A stretch of DNA of 42,218 nt. Origin: a virus (Duplodnaviria; Caudoviricetes). Location of the stretch: positions 1-42,218 of the IMG/VR virus record IMGVR_UViG_3300025287_000004; one strand, given 5' to 3'. Shown here one piece after another: positions 1-7,149 of the stretch. Every line of letters starts with the position of its first letter. Positions within the stretch are counted from its first letter, which is position 1. The notes beneath the pieces were generated by a model. It was not told the DNA's origin, ran no database searches, and saw only the letters and a list, made by a program, of their open reading frames with translations. The position numbers and the translations under genes are program-made.

Positions 1-127
1 CCTCGCCAGAATGCTCATGGTCGCGCTTGTCACGCCACTCTGTCGGCTGGCGGTTCTTCAGCCAGAAGATGGCTGCCGTCGTGTCTGGTGCGACTTTCTC
101 GCGGTACTCGGCATAAACCGGCGCGTC
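1..127. repeat. Terminal direct repeat copy 1 (circular assembly overlap)
   Basis: Identical to 42092-42218; terS reads in frame across the join. Confidence 0.95.
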
Positions 128-391
128 GGCCCCTGCCGGCATGAAGATCTTGACCGCGTCCTGCTCGTAGCCGACCGCCTTTTGGTAGAGGCTATTGACC
201 ACCCGCTCGTCCGCTTTGGCCTTCCCCGTGTTTAGGGCCTGACAAAACTCCTCGTGGGTGTGCTTCCAGCGATAGATGGTTCGCACGTCAACCTTGAAGA
301 AGTCGGCCACCTCAATGTCCGTCGCTCCAAGCGCCGCAAGCTTGCTGGCCTGCTCCGCGAACTCGTCCCTGTAATCTGTCGGCCTTGCCAT
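1..391 (-). CDS. terS: Terminase small subunit, 5' part (continues across the circular junction to stop at 42045)
   Basis: Manual translation MARPTDYRDEFAEQASKLAALGATDIEVADFFKVDVRTIYRWK...PDTTAAIFWLKNRQPTEWRDK; HTH plus typical TerS motif; directly upstream of terL. Missed by the ORF track. Confidence 0.9.
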   Translation of the reverse strand, partial: MARPTDYRDEFAEQASKLAALGATDIEVADFFKVDVRTIYRWKHTHEEFCQALNTGKAKADERVVNSLYQKAVGYEQDAVKIFMPAGADAPVYAEYREKVAPDTTAAIFWLKNRQPTEWRDKRDHEHSGE

Positions 392-433
392 GATCATTTA
401 GTCCTTCCCGGTCTGAGCGGGATGGTTTCGGGG

Positions 434-634
434 TTACGCCTCGTCCATATGCTTGCGGCACTCGACGCGAGAGACGGTCCAGCCTGGGCGGTCGCCAGCC
501 CATTCCGCGGCGGACATCTGCGACTGCATCATGCAGGACAGCATCGAGAGCGGCGTTGGGATGATGTGGCGCTCGCATTCTGTCGGGGCCGCTGCGAGGC
601 AAGCAATGACGATGAGGTCGGAGAGCGCGATCAT
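434..634 (-). CDS. Small hypothetical protein with hydrophobic N-terminus and Cys residues
   Basis: MIALSDLIVIACLAAAPTEC...; ATGA overlap with the upstream small ORF. Confidence 0.6.
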   Translation of the reverse strand: MIALSDLIVIACLAAAPTECERHIIPTPLSMLSCMMQSQMSAAEWAGDRPGWTVSRVECRKHMDEA

Positions 635-720
635 CGATGGCCTCGGAGGTGCGGCCACAGCAGCCACGTTATCGCGGCCAGCAGGACCAAGTAGACGGCG
701 AGGACAGCCAGAGCACCCAT
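631..720 (-). CDS. 29-aa single-TM peptide
   Basis: MGALAVLAVYLVLLAAITWLLWPHLRGHR; tightly packed between neighbours. Confidence 0.5.
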   Translation of the reverse strand: MGALAVLAVYLVLLAAITWLLWPHLRGHR

Positions 721-722
721 GA

Positions 723-821
723 TCAGAGCCCCTTGCGGATAGCCGAGCGGATGAGAAGGCGGGCGAGGATGTTGCCGATGCGGTTGAGCAAGCGGGAGCG
801 AAGGCGGAACCGTGTCGCCAT
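723..821 (-). CDS. 32-aa basic peptide, first ORF after the late leader
   Basis: AGGAG RBS then MATRFRLRSRLLNRIGNILARLLIRSAIRKGL. Confidence 0.55.
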   Translation of the reverse strand: MATRFRLRSRLLNRIGNILARLLIRSAIRKGL

Positions 822-851
822 CTACGCTCTCCTGTGCTGTGCTAGGGGGTG

Positions 852-1322
852 AGAGGCGGGCGGGACCTGATCCCCGCTTCAGCCTTGCGGCCTACCGTGC
901 GTTCGCACAGCCTTTCCAGCATTCGCGCTGCCGCCTCTGTCTGTGTCCCTGGTGGGGAGTGAAAGGGAGCGGGTGGGACTTTAGCCCAGACGGTCGACTA
1001 ACGCCTGACCGATGCCTTGAGCGATCCCCGCTCCCTACTCGTGCGAGAGGCTTGCTCTCGGGTATGCTCAGGACGGACAGAACACTGAGGGAGCGACCCT
1101 CGCCTCCTACTCCACCGAAGTGGACACATCTGCCGAAAGGCGAAACCGACTTGCGCCGCGCCCTGATCTTCGTGCGAGAGGCTTGCTCTCGGATGCTTGA
1201 GGCGGGCCGCCTGCCTAGATGATTCACGGGTGGTCTAGCCACCGTATTCGGCAGGCGTCCGAAAGACGGGCTGCGCTGCCCCGCCTCTCCCTTGCGGGAT
1301 ATTGAATCAATAAAGGCGGGGC
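852..1322 (-). ncRNA. Highly structured late-leader RNA with four multibranch domains
   Basis: 8-10 bp closing stems at 1199-1287, 1068-1166, 964-1036 and 852-938; GCAA/UUCG tetraloops and G-U pairs fit the minus strand. Confidence 0.65.
1039..1192. repeat. 23-nt exact direct repeat (1039-1061 and 1170-1192) containing a hairpin
   Basis: TCGTGCGAGAGGCTTGCTCTCGG twice, each followed closely by ATGCT. Confidence 0.9.
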
Positions 1323-1352
1323 CGCTCCACAGCACACCTCGCCTACTAGCAC

Positions 1353-1382
1353 ATGCGTGCCATAACCCGGAGGTTATGTCAA
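1353..1382 (-). promoter_or_regulatory. Putative late promoter (pR'-like position)
   Basis: TTGACA at the end of the putative late regulator gene, followed by inverted repeat ATAACC-N4-GGTTAT; -10 element poor. Confidence 0.4.
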
Positions 1383-2006
1383 CACCTTCGCAGGCTCCTC
1401 GCCCGTCGTGATGCCGTAATGCTTGGCGACCGCTGCCAGACCGCGCTTGACGTGGCCTACCATCGTCGGCGTCCAGTTCTCGGCATCCTCGTCAAGGATA
1501 ACCAAACGCCGCAATAGCTCGCGCACCGGGCGCCCCTGCTGGTCGACGCAGCCGATGACCGTTTCCAGCTTCATCATCTTGTTCGATGCCGCCGTGATGG
1601 CCTCCTGTCGCGGCTCGCCACCCAAGCCGTGGACGCGGTTCGGGTCCATGGCGCGGGGAGATGGCGACGGCAGGCCGGTGAGCGCGTAATAGCGGCTCAC
1701 GTCCTCGTGCATCATGTTGCCCGCCTTCAGTTCCACGTCGGTGATCTTCTTGTGGTGCCGCAGGCGACCGAGCGCGTAGCCGACCATCTGGCCTTTGGCT
1801 TCCGCCTCGCTGACGCCGTACTGCCGCACTCGTGCCCCTGTGACCGTTGCCATCGTCTGCCCCTGCGTTTCCATTGCTCGGTAGTCGATGCGTCCGTTGG
1901 GATAGCGTATCACGTCATCCCGGCGAGGTCGCCCGCCGTTGTCGTTGTGTGCAGCCGACCGCCGCCGCGCTTGCTTGGCCCGCTTCTTTGCCCCGACGCT
2001 TGCCAT
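1374..2006 (-). CDS. Putative late transcription regulator (Q-position protein)
   Basis: Last gene of the early operon before the late leader; basic N-terminus and C-terminal 'GLAAVAKHYG' helix resembling such regulators. Confidence 0.6.
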   Translation of the reverse strand: MASVGAKKRAKQARRRSAAHNDNGGRPRRDDVIRYPNGRIDYRAMETQGQTMATVTGARVRQYGVSEAEAKGQMVGYALGRLRHHKKITDVELKAGNMMHEDVSRYYALTGLPSPSPRAMDPNRVHGLGGEPRQEAITAASNKMMKLETVIGCVDQQGRPVRELLRRLVILDEDAENWTPTMVGHVKRGLAAVAKHYGITTGEEPAKVLT

Positions 2007-2284
2007 CAGTTGGTCTCCTTCAGTGCCGCATCCGCCATGATCCGCCAGCCGTCACCCCAATTCAGGTCCTGCTTGCCTATCCAGTCTGCGTGGGCGACGG
2101 CGATCTTCATCGCCCCTGTCGGCTCGCGCATTGCCTTGATGGCAGCGCGGGCGTACCCGCCCCAGCGGTTCCGCTCGTAGTCGCTCAGTTCAGGCCATGC
2201 TGGGATCGCGCCGAATTCGATTGCACTGCCCTCTTGAGCTTCGAACATCGCCCGCGCCACTCGCTCGATCACGGTCTCGCCCAT
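2006..2284 (-). CDS. Hypothetical phage protein
   Basis: 'IERVARAM...ARAAIKAMREPT' phage-type motif; stop/start overlaps on both sides. Confidence 0.75.
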   Translation of the reverse strand: MGETVIERVARAMFEAQEGSAIEFGAIPAWPELSDYERNRWGGYARAAIKAMREPTGAMKIAVAHADWIGKQDLNWGDGWRIMADAALKETN

Positions 2285-2688
2285 CAGTTGCCCCTTTTGC
2301 CTGTGTCCAGAGGGCGAGCCCGCCCCATGACGCCGTTTGCCCTTTGCGGCAGCGGCTCAACCTCGATGCCCATGCGGGCCGCCGTCTCCGGCCACTCGCG
2401 AATGGCATGGAGCACTGTCGTATGGTGGATGCCGTCGAAGAAGTTTCCGATCATCCGCAGCGACATATGCGGGCACTGCCGGGCGATCTCGTACATGGCA
2501 TGACGCCGTGCCGCTGCGTGCCGGCGGCTGTTGCGGGTCGAGCGCAGCCACGAAACCGTCACCCCGTGATCCGCAGCGACCTCCTGGACGATCCATGAGG
2601 CTGTCGGCTGCATCACCGCATCGGCGCGACGGTGTGCCTTGTCGTACCATCCGCGGAAGACGTGCGGCTGTTCGGTGTGTGTCTGCAT
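2284..2688 (-). CDS. DnaA C-terminal (domain IV)-like HTH protein
   Basis: 'ARRHAMYEI...SLRMIGNFFDGIHHTTVLHAIR' matches the DnaA domain IV signature (DHTTVxHA). Confidence 0.85.
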   Translation of the reverse strand: MQTHTEQPHVFRGWYDKAHRRADAVMQPTASWIVQEVAADHGVTVSWLRSTRNSRRHAAARRHAMYEIARQCPHMSLRMIGNFFDGIHHTTVLHAIREWPETAARMGIEVEPLPQRANGVMGRARPLDTGKRGN

Positions 2689-3197
2689 CAGCGGCGGGCC
2701 TCCTCTTCCTTGATCATTCTGGAGCTGCGGAAGAACCGTTCCAGCGCGGCCTTGGCTTCCTCGCCAGTCGGCGTGCGGGCGGTCTTCGCTTCCTCGATGG
2801 CGGCGGCGTTCTCGGCGGCGAGCCGGCGCATCCGGGCGGCGTTCTCTTCACGCTGGCGTGCCCAATCGGCGAGCCGACGCACCTCCTGTGCGAACTCGTC
2901 GGACTTCGGCACCCAGCCAACGCGGCTCTTGTGACGGTCCACCAGACCGTCGAGAAAGCGCGTCACGGCCTGTTCGATCGCCCACGCCGGCTCCTTCGTC
3001 AGAGGCCGCACGTAGACCGCCATGGCCTCCTTGCGCTCCTGTTCGCCGCGCGCTGTGTCCTCGAACTTCCGGTCGCTCGCGAGATTGCGGAACAGCGGGC
3101 CGAGAAGGCGAAGCGCCTCCTTCGGATCACACGGCGTCAGGTCCGTCGAGAGCGCGGGGCTAGTGATGCGTGCTGTGGTCGAGGGCAAAGAGCCCAT
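2688..3197 (-). CDS. Hypothetical replication-associated protein (helicase loader position)
   Basis: Follows the initiator-like gene; coupled reading frames. Confidence 0.6.
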   Translation of the reverse strand: MGSLPSTTARITSPALSTDLTPCDPKEALRLLGPLFRNLASDRKFEDTARGEQERKEAMAVYVRPLTKEPAWAIEQAVTRFLDGLVDRHKSRVGWVPKSDEFAQEVRRLADWARQREENAARMRRLAAENAAAIEEAKTARTPTGEEAKAALERFFRSSRMIKEEEARR

Positions 3198-3501
3198 AAG
3201 CCTCTCCGTCGAGCATGCTGATCATCTCGTCCTGAGCGTCAGCGAGGTTGCGGGCGAAGTGTTTGGACGGGCCGGACGGGGCTTCCACCTCGTCCTCCCA
3301 GCGCCAGCCGCGAAGCCACGTGGCCGGGTACGGCAGGAACTGCTTGTCCTTCGCAGCCATCACCGGGAGTTGCCGGCGCAGCCCATCCAGGATGGTCGAG
3401 GGCTGGATGCCTTCCTTGATGACCTGCCGCCATGCCTTCTCGGCATCCTTGCGGGCGATGTGGCGGGGGTAGAGGGCGTAGAAGTCGGCGAAGTTGGTCA
3501 T
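3160..3501 (-). CDS. Stand-alone C-terminal domain of a phage replication initiator
   Basis: 'FADFYALYPRHIARKDAEKAW...FLPYPATWLRGWRWEDE'; ATG at 3501 overlaps the upstream stop (TGATG). Confidence 0.75.
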   Translation of the reverse strand: MTNFADFYALYPRHIARKDAEKAWRQVIKEGIQPSTILDGLRRQLPVMAAKDKQFLPYPATWLRGWRWEDEVEAPSGPSKHFARNLADAQDEMISMLDGEAYGLFALDHSTHH

Positions 3502-3932
3502 CAGAAATCCCCCGGCGCGACTTGGCAGCAGACGATCCCATGCGAACGCCACATCTCGACCATGCTCTTGCGGTCTTCGAACACGAGGTCGGGCTTGCGG
3601 TTGATCTCTTCCATCCATTCCGCCTTGACGACGGTATCGGGGCGGTGGTCGCCAGCCTTCCGCGTCCTGATGGGGAGATGGCCTAAGCCGTTCGCACCGA
3701 GCCACGCGGTGGTCTTCTCGGCCACCTCGTCAGACCTGCCAGACCATATCTCCACACGCTCGCCGACCGCGTCGAATGCGAGCGCGGTCTTGATGATCGG
3801 ATGGCAGGGGCGATCCTCGTCGCAGGCTGCATAGAACCCTCGCCAGTCCTTTTCCGCTGACGGGCGGTTGAGGAAGTGCGATCGGTGATCCGTGAGGGCC
3901 AGTGTGCCGTCGAGGTCAAAGATGATCAGCAT
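3501..3932 (-). CDS. HAD-family phosphatase (PNKP 3'-phosphatase-like)
   Basis: DxDGT motif (IFDLDGTLA), WSGR, K and FEDR motifs; ends 'QVAPGDF'. Confidence 0.85.
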   Translation of the reverse strand: MLIIFDLDGTLALTDHRSHFLNRPSAEKDWRGFYAACDEDRPCHPIIKTALAFDAVGERVEIWSGRSDEVAEKTTAWLGANGLGHLPIRTRKAGDHRPDTVVKAEWMEEINRKPDLVFEDRKSMVEMWRSHGIVCCQVAPGDF

Positions 3933-4177
3933 CACTTCGCCTCCCCGAGCGCGCCCATGTACAGGTCGACCAGAGCCTCGCGCTCGCTGCGTTCGCCTGC
4001 ATCCATCTTGCGGAGGCGGATGGTCTCCTTCAGGGCCTTCTTGTCGAAGCCGGCGCCGGCTGCCTCGTTGTAGATGCCGGTCTTGTCGGCGTTGAACTCG
4101 TCGATGAATTCCTGGACTTTCTCGATCCGCTCGCAGAACGCCCGCAACTGACCGCCGGCCACTTGTTCGGTGCTCAT
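3932..4177 (-). CDS. gapR: GapR/DUF2312 family DNA-binding protein
   Basis: 'QLRAFCERIE...IYNEAAGAGFDKKALKETIRLRKMD...EREALVDLYMGALG'. Confidence 0.85.
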   Translation of the reverse strand: MSTEQVAGGQLRAFCERIEKVQEFIDEFNADKTGIYNEAAGAGFDKKALKETIRLRKMDAGERSEREALVDLYMGALGEAK

Positions 4178-4395
4178 AGACTTGCCTCCTTCTCAGCGGG
4201 CGCGGACAACTTTCCTTCCTCGCCCATCTTCCAAACCTCACACAGCCCAGCGAGGCGGATCGCCCCTGCGCGCGTGACGCACTGCTCAGGCATCATGTCG
4301 ATGTCGTAGAGAAGCGAGACGAGCATCGGCCGCGCATTGATGAACTTCGCGTACTTGCCGACGATCTCGTCGGCGCCTTCTTCCCTGTCACTCAT
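4174..4395 (-). CDS. Hypothetical protein
   Basis: AAAGGA RBS, ATGA overlaps with neighbours. Confidence 0.65.
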   Translation of the reverse strand: MSDREEGADEIVGKYAKFINARPMLVSLLYDIDMMPEQCVTRAGAIRLAGLCEVWKMGEEGKLSAPAEKEASL

Positions 4396-4796
4396 TGGCT
4401 CGATCCTTTCGTTGGAAATCGTTCGTCGCTGAGGAAATCCCGCGCGTCCTCGATGCTGCGTGCGGTGCAATGAGGCACGCCCATCGAGATGCACCAGTCG
4501 CGGAATGCCTTCTGCTCCGGTGAAAGCCTGCCGCCCTCTGCCTTGACCTCGATGAAGGCGATGCGGCCAGCGGGGCGCAGCACCAGCAAGTCCGGTGCGC
4601 CGGCCATCATGCCCATGCGCTTCAGCTTGGCGCCGGTGATTGCCGACCTCGGCGCATTTGGAATGTGCAGCACCTTGTGGGTGTCGGGCAGAACTTCGCG
4701 GAGATAGGTCAGGATCGAGACATGGATCGCCGTCTCGTCCACCATGGATCGCGCCTGCTTTGCCGCCCGAATGAGACGTTTGCCAGCCGTCGTCAT
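4392..4796 (-). CDS. VRR-NUC domain nuclease
   Basis: 'GAPDLLVL...FIEVKAEGGRLSPEQKAF' PD-(D/E)xK motif. Confidence 0.88.
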   Translation of the reverse strand: MTTAGKRLIRAAKQARSMVDETAIHVSILTYLREVLPDTHKVLHIPNAPRSAITGAKLKRMGMMAGAPDLLVLRPAGRIAFIEVKAEGGRLSPEQKAFRDWCISMGVPHCTARSIEDARDFLSDERFPTKGSSQ

Positions 4797-4945
4797 TTGA
4801 GTGCTCCCGGCCACATCTCCGTCACGCGGACCTTCGAGCCCTCCTGCAGCTCCGGCATTCGCTCAACAGCAGTCTTCAGAGCCTCGCGGGTGATGGGCTT
4901 GTCGCCGGGGGTGGTGATCAGGATCTCGTAGGATTGCTGGGTCAT
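4793..4945 (-). CDS. 50-aa hypothetical protein
   Basis: MTQQSYEILITTPGDKPITREALK...; ATGA overlaps at both ends. Confidence 0.55.
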   Translation of the reverse strand: MTQQSYEILITTPGDKPITREALKTAVERMPELQEGSKVRVTEMWPGALK

Positions 4946-5775
4946 GCAGCGCTCCCGAAGAGAGGCATCCGCACCGCATCGAGGCGCTCGGAAGCCTGCG
5001 GATTGATCCAGAGCACTTCCGTCCGCTTTGCAGCTCCGTCAGCGAGAGCGGCACGCTCGACACGACGCCAGCCGGACAGGGCTTCATCGTATTGCTCGCA
5101 GGGATAGCCGGAGAGAGCGACCATGCCGGACAGGCCGCGCAGGGTCACCAGAAGCGCGCCGTGTGCCTCGTCGTCCATCTCGTGCGCGTAGTCATGCCCG
5201 GCATCAGAGCGGGTGGACATGACGTAAGGCGGGTCGACATAGAACAGCGTGTCGGCGCCGTCGTGCTGCACCATCAATGCCGTTGCATCGCGGCTTTCGA
5301 TCACCACGCCGCGCAGCCTTTCGATGATCGCGCTCAGCGCATCGGGGTAATTCGTCCAGTCATGTGCTGGCGTTGTGCCGCTGCGGTTGCTGTTCGACCG
5401 GAACCCGGTTGCCTTGTTGTGGCCGTTCGAGCCGAACCCCATGAAGGAGCGAATAATCAGCCTCCGCGCACGCTCGACCGCATCAGCGGTCTCCTGATAA
5501 GCCTCGACAAACTCTTCGCGGGCGAACGGCGTGGCCTTCAGCAGCGCAACTAGACGGTCTGCATCATCCGAACGCAGGACGCGGAACAGGTTGACGACCT
5601 CGCCATCGAGATCGTTCCAGACCTCGGCATAGGACCGCGGCTTGCGGATCAGCACGGATCCTGCGCCGCCGAAAGGCTCCACGTAGACGCGATGCGGCGG
5701 CAGATGGCTGATGATCCACGGCGCCAGCATCCACTTGCCGCCATGCCATCGCAGCGCGGGACGGGTAGCGCTCAC
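4942..5775 (-). CDS. DNA adenine methyltransferase (Dam/D12 class)
   Basis: 'RWHGGKW', 'YVEPFGGAGSV', 'NDLD' and 'YVDPPY' motifs. Confidence 0.92.
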   Translation of the reverse strand: MSATRPALRWHGGKWMLAPWIISHLPPHRVYVEPFGGAGSVLIRKPRSYAEVWNDLDGEVVNLFRVLRSDDADRLVALLKATPFAREEFVEAYQETADAVERARRLIIRSFMGFGSNGHNKATGFRSNSNRSGTTPAHDWTNYPDALSAIIERLRGVVIESRDATALMVQHDGADTLFYVDPPYVMSTRSDAGHDYAHEMDDEAHGALLVTLRGLSGMVALSGYPCEQYDEALSGWRRVERAALADGAAKRTEVLWINPQASERLDAVRMPLFGSAA

Positions 5776-6260
5776 GCCGCCACCTCCAGAACCCGCACAC
5801 CGGCAGAGAGGGAGACGGGAGCAAACGCGCTTTCGCCCACATGCTCGTACTCGGTCGAGGGAACAACGCGGATGACGAGGTCGTGGAAGATGACCTCAGT
5901 CTTGGCCGATCGCGCGGGTGCGGCCCGCGGCTCATCTACCGTCAGCCCCATCTTCATCATGGCATCGCGGTACGTGCTGGCATCGTAGCTCGTGCCCGCT
6001 TCGCTGTTGACGATGCGCGCCGCCCTCGCCAGCGTATGCCCCTCGCTGCGCAGTTCGGCGAACCGCTTGACCAGTTCCGGCGTGCCCTCTGCGAGGCCCT
6101 TTGGAGGCCGAGCCATACCCGCCTTCGTGACGTACAGATGCACTGTCGCGCGGCAGCGTCCGGTCTTCTTGGCGACCTGGCCCTGCGACATGCCGTCTGC
6201 ATAGTAGGCAAGGATCGCGGTAACCTCGTCGGCGCTCAGCGGGGTAATGGATCTACGCAT
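5772..6260 (-). CDS. HTH DNA-binding protein
   Basis: 'GMSQGQVAKKTGRCRATVHLYV' HTH. Confidence 0.75.
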   Translation of the reverse strand: MRRSITPLSADEVTAILAYYADGMSQGQVAKKTGRCRATVHLYVTKAGMARPPKGLAEGTPELVKRFAELRSEGHTLARAARIVNSEAGTSYDASTYRDAMMKMGLTVDEPRAAPARSAKTEVIFHDLVIRVVPSTEYEHVGESAFAPVSLSAGVRVLEVAA

Positions 6261-6400
6261 CAGTCGTCCTCCTTGGTTTCAGGCGCGATCCAGACAGCGA
6301 TGGCCGCACCGATCTTGCGCGAGCGCTCAGCCCATCTGAGCCGCCTCAAGAGCGACACGAAGCGCCGCCACCCGCGCGGTTTCTGCCAAATATTCGGCAT
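6260..6400 (-). CDS. 46-aa hypothetical protein
   Basis: GAGG RBS, MPNIWQKPRGWRRF...; stop overlaps the next ATG. Confidence 0.5.
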   Translation of the reverse strand: MPNIWQKPRGWRRFVSLLRRLRWAERSRKIGAAIAVWIAPETKEDD

Positions 6401-6680
6401 GATCTTTCCTCGCCTTTTGAAGCTCGGCGACCTTCGCCATCTCGAGCATCTCGTCCCATTCGATGCGGCGGGCTTCGCCCTGCCAGACGGCGCGAACCCT
6501 GCGGCGGGTCCATCGATCATTGACGCGGTGCAGCGCATTGAAGGCGCGCTCCCACAGAACCTTGACGGGCTCGTCATGCCCGCGCGGCCCGGCGCACTGC
6601 CGGATGAGCTGGGGGGCCAGAGCGTCAGCGTGCATCTTCTCGTTCCGATCCAAGTTCTTGGACCATCGATCCACGGTCAT
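6327..6680 (-). CDS. Hypothetical regulator (possibly CII-like)
   Basis: GGGAG RBS; 'WTRRRVRAVWQGEARRIEWDEM' helix motif; early operon position. Confidence 0.55.
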   Translation of the reverse strand: MTVDRWSKNLDRNEKMHADALAPQLIRQCAGPRGHDEPVKVLWERAFNALHRVNDRWTRRRVRAVWQGEARRIEWDEMLEMAKVAELQKARKDHAEYLAETARVAALRVALEAAQMG

Positions 6681-6897
6681 CGGGATCTCCCATGCCAATT
6701 ATTCGGGCATGGAGAACACGGCCCAACCAGACCTGTTTGACCTGCAAGACCGCCCCGGCAAGGGCGGCACCAACGCGCTGGACGGCAATCCGCGCGAGAC
6801 CGGGAAGGCCGGCAAGCCGAGCCCGGACGAATTCAGCGACTACCTGGAGGCGCGCAAATGCAGCAGCCGCAGGAACCGCGCACGTATCGAGAAACTG

Positions 6898-7118
6898 TCC
6901 CAGCCTTTCATTGGCCCCGTGGCTGGGAACGGGGTGAACAGCGCGGCTCAGGAGACCGCCGGGGTGAAAGGACAAGAAGCCCCCGGCAATCGATCCTGCT
7001 GCGCCCCAATCTGCAATCTTGCCAGCACCTGCCCCGATGCTGGCGAGGTCGCCAGCGGTGGCGGGGAGGAACGCCACCGCTGGCTTATCGATCGCGTGGG
7101 AGGGGGGAACGCGACCGA
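6898..7118 (-). ncRNA. Tandem hairpin array with pyrimidine-rich anti-SD loops (cuckoo-like sRNA candidate)
   Basis: Five stems of 8-13 bp; loops include UCCCCCCUCCC, UUCCUCCC and UCCUUUC; G-U pairs favour the minus strand. Confidence 0.55.
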
Positions 7119-7149
7119 ATGGGATGCAAATTTTCCGTTCCAGACCCTG

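Noticed and set aside
1-127. Biological direct terminal repeat
   Set aside because: 127 nt equals a common assembler k-mer and falls inside terS, so it is more likely an assembly overlap.
1039-1192. CRISPR array
   Set aside because: Only two repeat copies, a 108-nt structured spacer and no cas genes.
852-1322. Hammerhead or other known ribozyme in the late leader
   Set aside because: No CUGAnGA/GAAA core found in the required helical context.
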